Shown piece after piece: positions 1 through 13,413 of a stretch of 64,000 nt of DNA. Both the position numbers and the translations under genes were made by a program. Each line of letters opens with the position of its first letter. The stretch's first letter is position 1. The stretch covers positions 7,378,001 through 7,442,000 of the forward strand of contig NC_043010.1 of assembly GCF_006345805.1 (NCBI RefSeq). Reading direction: 5' to 3'. Below the pieces are notes generated by a model. That model was not told where the DNA came from, searched no databases, and saw only the letters and a list, made by a program, of their open reading frames with translations. The stretch comes from Octopus sinensis (Eukaryota).

Positions 1-296
1 TGATATATTGCCAGTCTTGGGCAATTTCTAAACCTTACGGAACCCATCTTTCTCCAGGTCTAAACACAACAGATTTGTTCCAGTGGGAAAGTGAGAAAGA
101 AAATGAAAAACTGAATGGGGAATCAGCATCATTACCAAACCAGTACTTTATTTATCGACCTCTTGCATGATGAGAAACAAAGTACCCTTCAGTGTAATTT
201 GAACCCAGAGTAGAGGGAGCTTAAAAAATGGCTACAAAATATTCTCTTCAAAACTTGATTGGCCATGCCATTTTGCTATACAGGAATGTGATCATA

Positions 297-520
297 TACT
301 TTGAAATACTTTGAAATACTTTGAAAGGTTTCGGCCATTATTGGCCCAGGCCATGTCTAACTTAATAGCACCACCTGGTGAAGTCTTTCAAGTCAGAATT
401 TGGGCACTATGGCCCACTCAAGTAGAGAGTTATTGTTTACAGAGACATATCCGGGTGTAGGGGGTTTATCCGGGATTTCTTGAAGGAATCTGTCCAAAGA
501 CTTCTTGAACCCTATAGGGT
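297..520 (-). mobile_element. 3' end of a non-LTR retrotransposon (CR1/L2-group-like ORF2 C-terminus and tail)
   Basis: Minus frame FKKSLDRFLQEIPDKPPTPGYVSVNNNSLLEW resembles LINE ORF2 C-termini (from memory). A triple TACTTTGAAA repeat at 297-326 looks like the 3' tandem tail. Confidence 0.6.
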
Positions 521-854
521 AACATGCATACACACACGTGTATAAACACACATGCACATATATATACACATACATATATGTATACACACACAGGGGTTCA
601 CACACACAGAGAAAATAAAACATAAGAAATTGTCTACAAATTGTCTTGTGTTTCGTTTTCTCTATGTACTCTATGACATATCCAACTGCGGATTTCTACT
701 GAATGACACGAGGGCAATAATGGAAATGGAAATATGTAATTTAAGCTTTAAATCACACTTTAGTAAAACTATACATATATCTATATAAATGTGTGATGTG
801 TGTTGATTTGTATATATACATACATATATGTATATATATGTGTGTGTACGTATG

Positions 855-889
<35 letters not shown>

Positions 890-1054
890 ACTATAAATAT
901 ATGTATATATATTATATTAAATTATGTATATATATGTATATATAACTTGTATGTATGCATATATTTATATATGTATTTCTATAAAGATGTGCATTTAGGT
1001 ATTCAACACGAGATAATTCTAAGCTCTTTAACTGTAATATTTGTCGTAGTTAAG

Positions 1055-1198
1055 ATTTAAACGATACAAAAATAAGCAAACAGAAAATACCATGAAAAAA
1101 AACTGAGATAGATTTGAATAGGAATTAATCAGCACACCTATAGCAGGCTGTGCAAGAACATTAACTCTTTTGCTACAAACAGTCATTATTGCTTTTGA
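1055..1198 (+). pseudogene. Exon-like segment, phase 2>2
   Basis: GTAGTTAAG acceptor, GTTAGG donor. FKRYKNKQTENTMKKN*DRFE*ELISTPIAGCARTLTLLLQTVIIAF, with TGA at 1104 and TAG at 1119. Confidence 0.45.
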
Positions 1199-1210
1199 GT
1201 TAGGCTTGCA

Positions 1211-1257
<47 letters not shown>

Positions 1258-1573
1258 GTTCTAATATACAAGGCAAAGATTTATATTAAAAGATGATGGG
1301 CTCTGAAATTTAATGACTGCTCAGCAGGTAAATACACTGGATTGAGAATCTTACAATTTCAATTTCTGAATTGTAAGTAATTAATATATTGTCTTTTATA
1401 TGTCATGTGAAACCTAAGACGTATTTCCAACATACTTATACATATGCATGCACACGCACACACACATGCATACACATACACACACATCCCTAAATATATA
1501 TATACATCCATATATACATACAAACATACATATATATGCAGATATATATACATACAAACATACATATATACAC

Positions 1574-1621
<48 letters not shown>

Positions 1622-2088
1622 AAATATATGTATGTATATATAAATAATAAATTTTATATATATATATATACATATATATGGGTGTGTTTGTGTGTGTGTA
1701 TGTATTTGTGTATGTATGTACATATGTACGTATTTATGTATGTATGTATGTATGTATGTACGTATGTACGTATGTATGTATGTATGTATGTATGTATGTA
1801 CGTACGTATGTATGTATGTATGTATGCAGTGAGAGATAGATTTATGGTATCATGCAATAAACCTGTCAATGTAAGTCTAACACTTAATATTCTTGTTCAA
1901 TATTTTTGGCAAATTTATTTAAGATATGATTTATAATCAAAATGAAATTCCAACTGTGACATACAATAAGAATATAAATAATAGGTATCAAAAATATCTA
2001 GGAATTTTTTTCCTTCTATTTTGTGCAGTGAAAAAACTGTTCACTCTTTTGCTCTCAAGATAAGCTTCAACGTCCAGTTAGTTCAGGG

Positions 2089-2362
2089 CAGTGGTTCTTA
2101 AATAAGGGCCTATATTACCCTTAGGGATCAATATAACATTTTGTTGTAAAAATTTGTGTGTAACAAATAGGTTACACTTCTACAACACCAAATATTTTAG
2201 CAATTTTTTTATGCAAAAAAAAATTTTATACAATATTTTATGCAATTTTTTATACAATGTTTAGTTATAAAAAATATGATAGGACTTTTTAAGCATAAAA
2301 TGGTTGAGTACCCATCTGAATAAAATAGGGGTTCATAGACAAAGAATGATTGAGAACCACTG
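2089..2362. mobile_element. hAT (Charlie/Buster-type) MITE
   Basis: TIRs CAGTGGTTCT...AGAACCACTG; 8-bp TSD GTTCAGGG (2081-88) / GTTTAGGG (2363-70). Confidence 0.85.
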
Positions 2363-3596
2363 GTTTAGGGACATTGTGTATCTCTCTTGCTGCTCATGCC
2401 ACTCTTTGTCTTTTTCTCGCTTCTTCTCATGTACACACGTTTCCTCTAATAAGGAATTTCTCAACCTGGGAAATAATATGGGTTGCCAGATTGAGACACA
2501 GGTAGTAAATCCCATTACCTGGCAAGACTGACATGCTTCTTTTCAGGACTGCACCCTATAATTTTTTTTAAAACTAGGCTACTTGAAAGTTAAAATATTA
2601 TAATTTTTTTAGCAAATAAATCTATTGAATATCATACTAAGTTATTAACTAAGATAATTAGAACTGACCAACAGGCAACACTTTTACATACCTTTTTGTT
2701 CTTTTACGTGCTCCAGTCATTTGATTGCAGCCATGCTGTGGTACCACCTTGAAGGGTTTTAGTTGGACAAATCAACCCCAAGACTTATTTTTTTCACCAA
2801 GAACTTATTCTTTTGCTAAACCAAAGTTATGGGAATGTAAGTTCTCCAACACTAGTTTTCAAGTGTTAGTGGTGGTGGGGAGACACAGACACAAAGACAC
2901 ACACACATAGATACATACATGCATTTATATATACATACATATATGTGGGTGTGTGTATCTGTATACACGCTGGGCTTCTTTCAATTTCCATCTTCTGAAT
3001 CCACTCACTAGGACTTTGTTGGCCCAAGGCTGTAGGTGAAGACACTTGCCTAAGATACCATGTAGTGGTACTGAACCTGTAACCATGTGGTTGAGAAGCA
3101 AGCTTCTTACCACACAACCACGTCTGCATCTATATACATATATGTCTGCGTGTGTGTATGTATGTATGTATGTATGTATGTATGTATGTATATATATATA
3201 TATGTGTGTGTGTATATATATGTGTATATATATCATCATCATCATCATCATCGTTTAACATCCGCTTTCCATGCTAGCAGGAGTTGAATGATTTGACAGG
3301 GGACTGGCAAACCAGATGGCTGCACCAGGCTCCAATCTCGATCTAGCAGATTTTTTACAGCTGGATGCCCTTCCTAACGCCAACCACTCCGAGAATGTAG
3401 GCAACCACTCCGAAAGTGTATAAATATATATGTATATACATACACACACTCACATACACACATACATAAATAAATGATACATTGATATGTACAGAAAACA
3501 TATGTACATGCACATTTATATATTTTAAATATGCAAATATATATCATATACATGCACAACTATATACATACATGTGCATGTGTACATATATATATA

Positions 3597-3640
<44 letters not shown>

Positions 3641-4352
3641 ATGTATATGTATATATATGTATTTTATTTAAGTGCATTCCTTCTTGTTGACCCTATCATA
3701 TTCAATTGTGTATAAATGTATGCGTATATATAAATATAATACAGGCACACAAACACATACTTACAAAGGAGATTTATAAATTGATTTTCATTCTGGGTAA
3801 CTTTCTAATACAATTTACTTTTTAAAAATTTTGCACTGCTTTTTATGGAAATAATACAGCAACCCGGCAGTTGTCCCTTTATCTGAGGGTACTATGCAAA
3901 CTGAAGAGGATACTTATATTTATTTGCTAATTGATTTTATTTATTCACTACCATGAATAAATTATAATGAAAATGATCTTTGATAATAGCAATCCACTTT
4001 CTGTTTATGAAACAATAACTGATGTCTCTTTGATTAGCATCTGTAGGATAATTTCTTTTATTTCAACCATGCAGTGGCCAGCTTGTTTGCTTTTGTGTTA
4101 TTTTGTTCACTTTTGCCTTGTTGCTAAATTCAATTTTCTACTGTTGCTAAATTCAATTTTCTACTGTTGCTGTTCATTTTTATACTGTTGTTTAAGATGG
4201 GAAGGTTATCATCATCATCATCATCATCATCATCATATGTTCTTATCTCTTCTTTATTGTAAAATTGCTTACAATCTTTTTGCTAAAAGTTTAACAAAAA
4301 TAAAGCAAAATTGAAAGACAACAACACAAAAACTAATTTTTAATTGCATCAG

Positions 4353-4462
4353 AAAATATCTCTGATGACAAACAAGCTGAACACAGAACATTTAAAATAC
4401 AGAATTCTTCTGCGACTATTAACCAATGTGATATCAGCTACAGTCTGTCAAAAGTAAAAGAG
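4353..4462 (+). pseudogene. Open exon, phase 1>0
   Basis: Acceptor TTTTTAATTGCATCAG, donor GAG|GTACGC. NISDDKQAEHRTFKIQNSSATINQCDISYSLSKVKE. Confidence 0.55.
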
Positions 4463-5489
4463 GTACGCTATTATCAAAGATTGCCATAACAAGCTTTCTT
4501 GTTAATTAAATATTCAGTATAAGAACTAATTAAAACTAATTAAAAATTATTGAAGATTAGGATTTTATTGACCAGCAACTGTATTTTATAATACTTTCAG
4601 TCTCATAATAAATTCAGTGCCATCATAAACTAAATTAGCGAGTAATATATTATTTAAATCTGTATCAGAATAAGTAATCTTCCTCAAAGAGATTAAAATG
4701 ATTGATGATAGAATATATATTTTATAATGGCAAGTGTAAAGTTCATTGTAAAGTTAATATCATAGACCTTAAGAATCAAAATGGAGGAAACAAAAGTGTT
4801 TTCTATTGATTATTCAAATTCATTAATGGTTTCATTATTCAATACCTTCATTTAATAGTGGACCAATTAATAGAAACTCCTTAATTATTTTTAATCATCC
4901 TTTTAAATTCAAATAAAATATCAGTCAATATTAAAGAACAAATATATTGAATAATCCTTCCAGTTATAGGCACAAGCCTGGAATTTTGCTGGGAGGTGCT
5001 CGTAAATTTGTTTGACCCCCAGGGTTTAACTGGTACTCATTCTATCAATCCTTAAAGAACGAAAGACAAAGTCAACCATAGTGGAGTTTGAACTCAGAAT
5101 GTAATAGTAGAAGAAATGCTGCTAAGCATTTTGCCCAGCATGTTAATTATTCTGCCTACTTTCCACCTTATTGTCTTTGAATAATAAAATTAATATGGCC
5201 ACTTACCACTCTCTAAATAAGTCTGCTAATTTGTAAGTAATCAAAAATCTTTCACTTTGTACATGTCAATTCTTAAGGCCTACCTGAAAATTCACTTGAT
5301 TTGATGATAGAAACAATTATTTATTTCTGAATCAGTATAAAGAAAACATTCTTCAATGTATGTCATTCAGTAAATCAGTTGAAGTGAAGAGTTTTTTTTT
5401 TTTATTATTAGCACTAGTTCTTTAATAAGAGGAAAGTTGTTTTTTTTATTGTAAATATTTATATTGTCCTGAAATGACGCTGGGTAGAA

Positions 5490-6760
5490 ATGTGTCGTCA
5501 ACGTGCATATAACTATTTAAAATATGGAATCATTCTAAACATTAACAGTGAACAGTTATCAATGTTTTTACACTCTAAAAGATAAAAATTTTTAAGCGAC
5601 AGTCAAAAAAATGTTACCTTCAAGAATGATTGATCATTTGAAAACAATTCATCTCAATAAAGGAAACAGACTATGCCAGTTCCTCAACTTAAAAATTAAA
5701 TGAATTTAAAAACTGATTTAATGAGTTGATTGTAAAACAAAGTATCCAATTGGAGAAACAATTAGTTGCATCTTACAAATATTGCAAAATTAATCACCAA
5801 ATCTGAAAAAAAAATTACATATCACTGGTGCAACACTCATCTTGTCAGACACAGATAAAGTTATAGAAGCTATATGCCCTGATAGGTGGAGGCGCAATGG
5901 CCCAGTGGTTAGGGCAGCGGACTCGCAGTCATAGGATCGCGGTTTCGATTCCCAGACCGGGCGTTGTGAGTGTTTATTGAGCGAAAATACCTAAAGCTCC
6001 ACGAGGCTCCGGCAGGGGATGGTGGTGATCCCTGCTGTACTCTTTCACCACAACTTTCTCTCACTCTTACTTCCTGTTTCTGTTGTACCTGTATTTCAAA
6101 GGGCCGTCCTTGTCACTCTCTGTGTCACGCTGAATATCCCCGAGAACTACGTTAAGGGTGCACGTGTCTGTGGAATGCTCAGCCACTTACACGTTAATTT
6201 CACGAGCAGGCTGTTCCGTTGATTCGGATCAACCTGAACCCTCATCGTCGTAACCAACGGAGTGCTTCCATGCCCTGATAGACATAATGTGAAGTTACTA
6301 ATTCCTCTCAGTAGTAGTTTGGAATCAACAAGAGTTGACAAAACGTCAAATGACATTGAACATAGCATTTGTGGTAATTTGGATTCTACAGAGTTTTTGC
6401 TACAAATGTTGAACAACTGTCTGAAAATAAATTTTATAATTGGTCTGAGTGCATTATTAAAATACTAATAAAGAACTTATAGAAGAGTTCCTATTTAGGA
6501 AACAATTGAAAGCTGATACAAAGATTCTAGAATTTATAGAATAGTTGAGTACCATCTTTAGAAATGAAAATATTCCTCTCACAAGTGTTATTACCTGTAT
6601 AAGTAATAGAGTACCATGGACTTATGACACATCTAATAGAAGGAGCCACAAGTATTTTCATGATTCTCTGTATTACCATTGGCAATACTTAACTGCAAAA
6701 CATCTGAGCAATAGACTACATAAAACTTTGCACAGACAGTTCCTCCTTAAAAATTGATGC
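5490..6760 (+). mobile_element. Fossil hAT Buster/Charlie transposase, frameshifted and split by a SINE
   Basis: Motifs CRQ...YLKYG, MLPSRMIDHLKTIH, LVASYK..IAKLI, IPLSSSLESTRVDKTSNDIEHSIC, ENIPLTSVITC and YLTAKHLSNRLHKTLH match Buster/ZBED8-type transposases as I recall them. Confidence 0.8.
5886..6269 (+). mobile_element. tRNA(Arg-like)-derived SINE, full length
   Basis: Head GGAGGCGCAATGGCCCAGTGGTTAGGGCAGCGGACTCGC...GGTTTCGATTCCC with A/B boxes; 12-bp TSD ATGCCCTGATAG (5874-85 / 6270-81). Confidence 0.9.
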
Positions 6761-7083
6761 AAACCTGCAGGTAACAACCTCTGGTTTCATGCGGAAAAGA
6801 AAAAGCAGCCTATTTTAAACCTCCGATTAAAATTTTATATAAGAACATCGATGACTGAAACAAGTAAAAATATAAAAAATAATTTATATTCCTGACACTA
6901 ACGTATCAATGAAAAATTAGTTTACATAAAGTTACTTGAAATTCATGAAGATATTTTGCTACTGCCCCTGCCACTTTCCTTCCTCAAGCTTTCCCTCATA
7001 CAGTAACATCTCTTATCTGTCACTCACCCTAGAATGCTGGGTGCCTTGGCAAGTGATTGTAACAAACATGCAGATTAAAAGTA

Positions 7084-7139
<56 letters not shown>

Positions 7140-7548
7140 TGATGATAATAATGATAACAATAATAATAATCCTTTCTGCTATAGGCACAAGGCCTGAAAT
7201 TGGGGGAGGAGTAAGTCAATTACATCGACCTCAGTACATAACTGGTACTTATTTAATCAACCCTGAAAGAATGAAAGGCAAAGTCGATCTTGGTGAAATT
7301 TGAACTCAGAACATAGTGATGGATGAAATACCGTGTGGTAATGATTCTGCCAACTTGCTGCCTTCACGATAATAATAATGATCTTATCTACTATAGGCAC
7401 AAGGCCTGAAATTTTGGTGGGAGGGGGTTAGTCAATTACATCAACCCCAGTGCATAACTGGTATTAATCCTATCAACCCAGAAAATATGAAAGGTATAGT
7501 AATTCAATATTAGATACAGATTTACACTGCTATTATTTCTATCTTCAG

Positions 7549-7983
7549 ATATTGAAAGGTGATTTGATAACTGAATCGAAAGAGATTGGTGAACTGAAAA
7601 TACCCAAAGGGAGTCATAATCCATTTCCTTCAAATGCAGTTTTGCTCACCATGGACTACTTGAAGAACTGAATGACTTACAAAATGATTTTGAAATTCAG
7701 ATACAGCTTCAGTAAAGAGAGTATAAAGCATTGTTGCCCAAGATTCCAAACAAATAGCTGAAATTTTTGTATGAAATAAAAGTGCTGATCATAGCTGTGT
7801 TTTTCCTCTTTCGTTTTACTGTTTACGCTTGGTCAAGATGATTCAGAAATACATTGCTATTGTTAACCAAATAGTTACAGAGAAGTAGATGATTGCAAAT
7901 AAGTGAAAGAACAGACTCGAGACTTCATTTGTCAAACATTGATCCTGATAATGAAAAATTAGCAAATTATTTTCTGGCTCAGG
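7549..7983 (+). pseudogene. Degraded long exon (phase 0 start, compatible with 4462)
   Basis: Acceptor TATTTCTATCTTCAG. ILKGDLITESKEIGELKIPKGSHNPFPSNAVLLTMDYLKN*MTYKMILKFRY...TNS* with TGA at 7669 and 7759. The 3' part reads ...DPDNEKLANYFLAQ|GTAAAC in another frame, so a frameshift or extra intron is needed. Confidence 0.45.
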
Positions 7984-9083
7984 GTAAACATTAAATTAAA
8001 TAGATTTAATAATTGTTTTCGCATTTCTTTTTTTTTTTTATGAAATGCATTAAGTTTACACAATTTTGGCTTTGTAGTAATCAAGTTTGTTTGTATTCAT
8101 TATTTAAAAATAAATTAGAATCAAAGCTACTAATTTTTTAATTACCTATGAGTGATAACAAGTAGATAATAATGACTTTCAACTTGCATAATAATCCAGT
8201 TTAGTTCTATAATTAGAGTCATTAACTGCTGTCGTTTTTATAAAGGAGAAGTGGGGGACATTAGCTTCTACAAATATTTGAAAGGGAGATGGGTGAGAGG
8301 GTGAACAAAAGCAGTTAAGAGCCACTGTTCCACAGTAATACTATCCATCAGCATACTCTTTACTCTCACACTTTGTTTTCATTTTATTTGATGAAGTATT
8401 CTATTATATACAAGTATGAATGTATGTATGTGTGCATATGTGTTTGCATGCACAAGCACATAGATGTGCACACACACACACACACACACACACCACACAC
8501 ACACACATATATATATATATATAATATATATATATATATATGTACACACATATCCACTTAATAGTGCATGCATGCTTAAATCTATGTATGATTATAATGT
8601 TTATACATATGTACTTGCAAGCGTACACAATGCACACACTTTCACACACACACACACACACACACATACACACACACGTACATCTATATATATATATGTA
8701 AGTTCAGCGAAATTTAGATTCAGATGAATATGGCACTTAAGTTGGAGGCACCAGAATATTGTATGGTATTATCCATATAAATCAAATGGGGTGATTATAA
8801 TCAAAATAAGCAACAAGTATATCCAAGGTAGAGTAGTACAATTGTTTCATGCTACTTCATTTTATTAAACACTGTAAGTATTACATCAGTTTTAAAATGT
8901 TGAGCAATCTTCAGCCACATATAGAATTTTCCAATTAAACGGACAATGCACATTCTTATCCCTATTTCACTTGCCAACATTATAAAGAGGATAGATGTAT
9001 AGACAGAGAGGTTATTTTGATTATATGTGTATATATATATATATATATATACGTTTAAATATTTGACCATTCCGAAATATAAC

Positions 9084-9145
<62 letters not shown>

Positions 9146-9171
9146 CATATATATATGCATACATACATACA

Positions 9172-9203
<32 letters not shown>

Positions 9204-9487
9204 CATACATACATATACATACATACATATGCATTTATACAGATTTATATATTCAATTACATATACAAGTGTGTGAGTGTGTGCATATTTTTATATATTG
9301 GCATGTATATAATATTGGTTTCAAACTTTGGCACAAGGTCCCCAATTTCGAGGCAGAGGGTAGGTATATTACACCAAACCAACTGCCCAACTGGTACTTA
9401 TTTTATCGACCCCGAAAGAATGTAATACAAAATTAACCATGGCAGAATTTGAACTCAGAACATAAAAACATATGTGAAAAAAGCTTC

Positions 9488-9905
9488 TAGGCACAGGAGT
9501 GGCTGTGTGGTAAGTAGCTTGCTAACCAGCCACATGGTTCCGGGTTCAGTCTCACTGCATGGCATCTTGAGCAAGTGTCTTCTGCTATAGCCCCGGGGCC
9601 GACCAATGCCTTGTGAGTGGATTTGGTAGACGGAAACTGAAAGAAGCCTGTCATATATATGTATATATATATATAAGTGTGTGTGTATATGTTTGTGTGT
9701 CTGTGTTTGTCCCCCTAGCATTGCTTGACAACCAATGCTGGTGTGTTTACGTCCCCATCACTTAGCGGTTCAGCAAAAGAGACCGATAGAATAAGTACTG
9801 GGCTTACAAAGAATAAGTCCCGGGGTCGATTTGCTCGACTAAAGGCGGTGCTCCAGCATGGCCACAGTCAAATGACTGAAACAAGTAAAAGAGTAAAAGA
9901 GAGAG
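9488..9905 (+). mobile_element. Most abundant SINE family (GGAGTGGCTGTGTGGTAAG head, internal TA/TG microsatellite, GAGTAAAA tail)
   Basis: Other copies at approximately 2695-3129(-), 12590-12840(-), 14045-14210(-), 20930-21055(-), 22370-22655(-), 25278-25675(-), 26491-26898(-), 28087-28420(-), 28891-29290(+), 31070-31462(-), 45574-45987(+), 50665-51041(+), 51775-52168(-), 54692-55121(-), 57243-57470(-), 57476-57910(+), 62555-62730(+), 63560-63722(-). Confidence 0.9.
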
Positions 9906-10280
9906 TATTGGAAAAAATAACAAAAAAACTCAAGACTTCAATGAGTGCTTGTGAATTGGTAGCTGGAACTAAAAGTGATGGTGTGCATGAGTCTAGTGCA
10001 CATGAAAGTAATTCAGAAAACGATTATGATAATAGTGTATTTTATTACAAATGATCTTGACATTCTTTTTACGTTACACAAAATATTCTTTATATTCTAC
10101 TGTTGTTTTACTGTCATTTATTTACTAGTATTATAAATTTGATAGGTAAAATATTTTTCTGGGAACGAATTACACTTAATAACATTGCTACTATGGGAAA
10201 TTATTGCTCTGCTTTACGAGTTTTTGCTTTACGAGTAGTCTCTGGGAACAAATTAACTTGTATATCGAGGCATTATTGTA
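9906..10280. mobile_element. Possible Tigger/pogo-like right end
   Basis: Ends ...GGAACAAATTAACTTGTATATCGAGGCATTATTGTA, similar to Tigger-type TIRs; left end not identified. Confidence 0.35.
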
Positions 10281-10475
10281 CTAGAATGCATTTTGTCAAA
10301 AGCTCTAATGATTTTACCAAGTGCTTGACATATGATTGACTAAGATTATCCATGTAATTAGCATGTTTAGCTCACAAGAATAAGCTAGGAAATGGCTCCT
10401 TGCTTGTTCAACTAATCAAAATTTTTAGAAAAATGAAGTCGATGTAACTGGATACCAGCTTTTGTTTCAATGCAG

Positions 10476-10556
10476 TAAATTATGGGCAATCAACAAATAT
10501 CAGTAACCAAAACTGCATGAACAGTACATAGAATATGCACAGGAAGTGAATAGTGA
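10476..10556 (+). pseudogene. Exon with one stop, phase 2>2
   Basis: Acceptor CTTTTGTTTCAATGCAG, donor GTAAGT. KLWAINKYQ*PKLHEQYIEYAQEVNS, TAA at 10504; all three frames contain a stop. Confidence 0.55.
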
Positions 10557-10947
10557 GTAAGTCTTTAAAAAAAGAGGATGAAGAAATGGGTAGGGTGCAT
10601 TGGTGAATTTCAGGAAGCCTGGAAGCTTCGAAGGATGTAGTGTCTCAACAGCTAAATACAGTGGGATTCTTTCAATCTCCATCTACCAAATCCACTCATT
10701 GACCCCAAATTGCCACACTGTAGGAATGAACTTGGTGACATGAAGTTTGGCGGCAAACTTCTTATCATAAGGGCATGCCTATTCTACACAGCCATGCCTG
10801 TATGTGTATAAGTAACAAGCAAAATAAGAAAAATGGCCATAAAGCAGCTACTCATGAAGTTGATGAATAACTTTAACTGTTTATAGTATGTAGAATCATT
10901 TCTGGTGACTGTCATAGATCATCAGATCTGATATTTATTAGATGTAT

Positions 10948-10985
10948 CTTGAGTCTGGTGCCTTAGACCACTTGGTCATCCTGGC
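10948..10985 (-). pseudogene. tRNA-Leu(CAA) 5'-half fragment
   Basis: GCCAGGATGACCAAGTGGTCTAAGGCACCAGACTCAAG resembles eukaryotic tRNA-Leu-CAA up to the anticodon. The A box is altered and there is no T arm or acceptor 3' half. Confidence 0.55.
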
Positions 10986-11443
10986 GAGCTGACAGAAACG
11001 TTAGCACACCGGGCAAAATAATTAGTGGTATTTTGTCTGCTGCTACGTTCTGAGCCCGAATTCCGCCGAGGTTGACTTTGCCTTTCATCCTTTTGGGGTC
11101 GATAAATTAAGTACCTATTTCTTTATTACCCACAAAGAGCTAAACACAGAGGGAACAAACAAGGACAGACAAACGGATTAAGTCGATTATATCGACCCCA
11201 GTGCGTAACTGGTACTTATTTAATCGACCCCCAAAAGGATGAAAGGCAAAGTCAACCTCGGCGGAATTTGAACTCAGAACATAATGGCAGACGAAACACG
11301 GCTACGCATTTCGCCCGGCGCGCTAATGTTTCTGCCAGCTTGCTGCCTTCAATTAAGTACCAGTTACGCACTAGGGTCTATGGAATCGACTTAATCCCTT
11401 TGTCTCCTCTATGTTTAGCCCCTTGTGGACAATAAAGAAATAA
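10982..11443 (+). mobile_element. SINE (GGCGAGCTGGCAGAAACGTTAGC family) with an antisense copy of itself nested at 11116..11350
   Basis: 11-bp TSD AATTAAGTACC at 11105-15 and 11351-61. Other copies at approximately 21863-22082(-), 27740-27968(-), 38254-38480(-); tail variants at 4965-5170, 7180-7366, 7385-7500, 9325-9462, 41040-41215, 54455-55205. Confidence 0.9.
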
Positions 11444-11684
11444 GATGTGATATTTATGTCTGCAGATACAGATGTCATTGTTATTTGTGAATTTATATGT
11501 TTTGACTTATGTATGTTTACATAAATATAGATTTACTCATTCACACCTGAGCATGAGTATGTATTACATGTTACACTTCAGTAATATTTTACATAATTAC
11601 ACAATACTTTTAATGACTAGAAGCTAATTAGCTGTATTCTTTCTGGTTTTGAGAAACCCTTATTCTTATGATTGCTGCTGTGTC

Positions 11685-11719
<35 letters not shown>

Positions 11720-11920
11720 AAGTCTGTCTGTCTGATTGTCTGAATGTATGTATGTTTGTATGTATAGATACATTGTATATCTATGAATATAAAAACTGTA
11801 TATATACACATGCATATAGATAGATAGATAGATTGATAGAACGATAGGTTGATAGATAGATAGGTTGATAGATAGATAGATAGATAAATAAATAAATAGA
11901 TAGATAGATACGTATGTATG

Positions 11921-11954
<34 letters not shown>

Positions 11955-11978
11955 ATATTATATATATATGTATATATA

Positions 11979-12018
<40 letters not shown>

Positions 12019-12918
12019 TATGTATATATATATTAATATCAATACACACATACACACACATATATATGAGTGCATAAACACTCTCACATCTGTACACATA
12101 TATTTAAATATCATGTTTGCCTACTTAGGTCTAATTAAAATTTAATAATAATAATAATAATAATATTAAATCATTTCTTGAACATATTTGGTGTATTAAG
12201 AAACAAAGAAGAAAATCAGAAAAAAAAAGGGTGCAAAACAACTCTGCTATTTTCTTGGCTGCATCTCCACAGAAATATGTGCTTGACATAATTTAGAAGA
12301 ATGTTGATAATAACATTATTTCCTAAATTTATTCTAATGATAACAATTTTAAAATTGTAATTATTGCAGTGTTTATCTTGACAACATACCACATTATACC
12401 TGCTTGTTTCTCAAAGTTGATTCCTCAGTGTTGTTACTGCTACCTTCAGAGGGGATTTTTTTATTCTGTTAGATTTTAATTCTTTTACCGGTTTCAATCA
12501 TTGGACTACATCCTGCTGGGGCCAGGCAATAAAGACTCTTGTTGATTAATTTCAACTCTACTACTTAATTCAGTCACATATTTATCTTTTATCTCTTATC
12601 TTGTTTCAGTCATTAAACTGCAGCCATGCTGGGGCACTTGAAGAATTTATAGTCGAATGTATTGACTCCAGACTTTTTTTTTGTCAGCTTCTAAAGTCTG
12701 GTACTTATTCTATTGGTGTCTTTTGCTAAACTGCTAAGTTATGGGAACCTAAACACACCAAAACCGGTAGTCAAGTGGTGGTGGTGGTAGTGGAATAAAC
12801 ACAGACACAAAGACACACTCACATAAATATATACATACATACACATATGTGACCGTGTGTGTACCGTTGGCGATTTTTTTTCCTCTGTCTTCCCTTCTCT
12901 GGATCTTCCTTCTCCTAT

Positions 12919-12953
12919 GTTTCTGACGAAGAGCTTCACTCGAAACGTTAAAC
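12919..12953 (+). ncRNA. Minimal hammerhead ribozyme motif (Penelope type)
   Basis: GTTT-CTGACGA-A-GAG(CTTCA)CTC-GAAAC-GTT-AAAC: stem I GTTT/AAAC, core, stem II, and a palindromic loopless stem III (ACGT). Activity untested. Confidence 0.6.
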
Positions 12954-13230
12954 CCTCCTTCTTTCCTTCTTTCCTGAGTGTCCAATAATACTATATTTGT
13001 TCCACGTCCTCGTGTTGTGTTTTTTTTTGTGCTTTCTTGTTTGGATTAACTATATGTATATTAGAAGGTTTGGAGGTGATGTGCAGATATTATATATTAG
13101 AAAAAATAAGATATTCAGAAATCTGGATGGCTGTACATATACAAAGATATATCAACATGTCATGTTCTTACAAATCACATATTTTCATCTACTCTAATAG
13201 AATCTTCAGATTTTAATTGTGTGAATTATG

Positions 13231-13272
<42 letters not shown>

Positions 13273-13378
13273 GTTAATCCAAAGAAGAAAGCACAAAACA
13301 ACACAACAACGTGAGGATGTGGAACAAATATAGTATTATTGGACGCTCAGGAAAGAAGGAAAGAAGGAGAGAAGGAAG

Positions 13379-13413
13379 GTTTAACGTTTCGAGCGGAGCT
13401 CTTCGTCGGAAAC
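13379..13413 (-). ncRNA. Second hammerhead motif with a U4C core variant
   Basis: GTTT-CCGACGA-A-GAGC(TCC)GCTC-GAAAC-GTT-AAAC on the minus strand. Confidence 0.5.

Noticed and set aside
5886-5965. Functional tRNA-Arg genes at SINE heads (also 38752 and 52897)
   Set aside because: No complete cloverleaf; they continue into SINE bodies bounded by TSDs.
6309-6371. Apparent host exon (SSLESTRVDKTSNDIEHSIC)
   Set aside because: Part of the Buster transposase fossil.
7675-7755. Minus-strand exon ICLESWATMLYTLFTEAVSEFQNHF, resembling a channel pore loop
   Set aside because: It has AG and GTAAGT boundaries, but no partner minus exons were found and it lies antisense to a plus-strand exon frame. 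Not excluded, but unsupported.
9725-10054. 109-aa ORF
   Set aside because: Chimeric read-through of a SINE tail into a probable DNA-transposon remnant.
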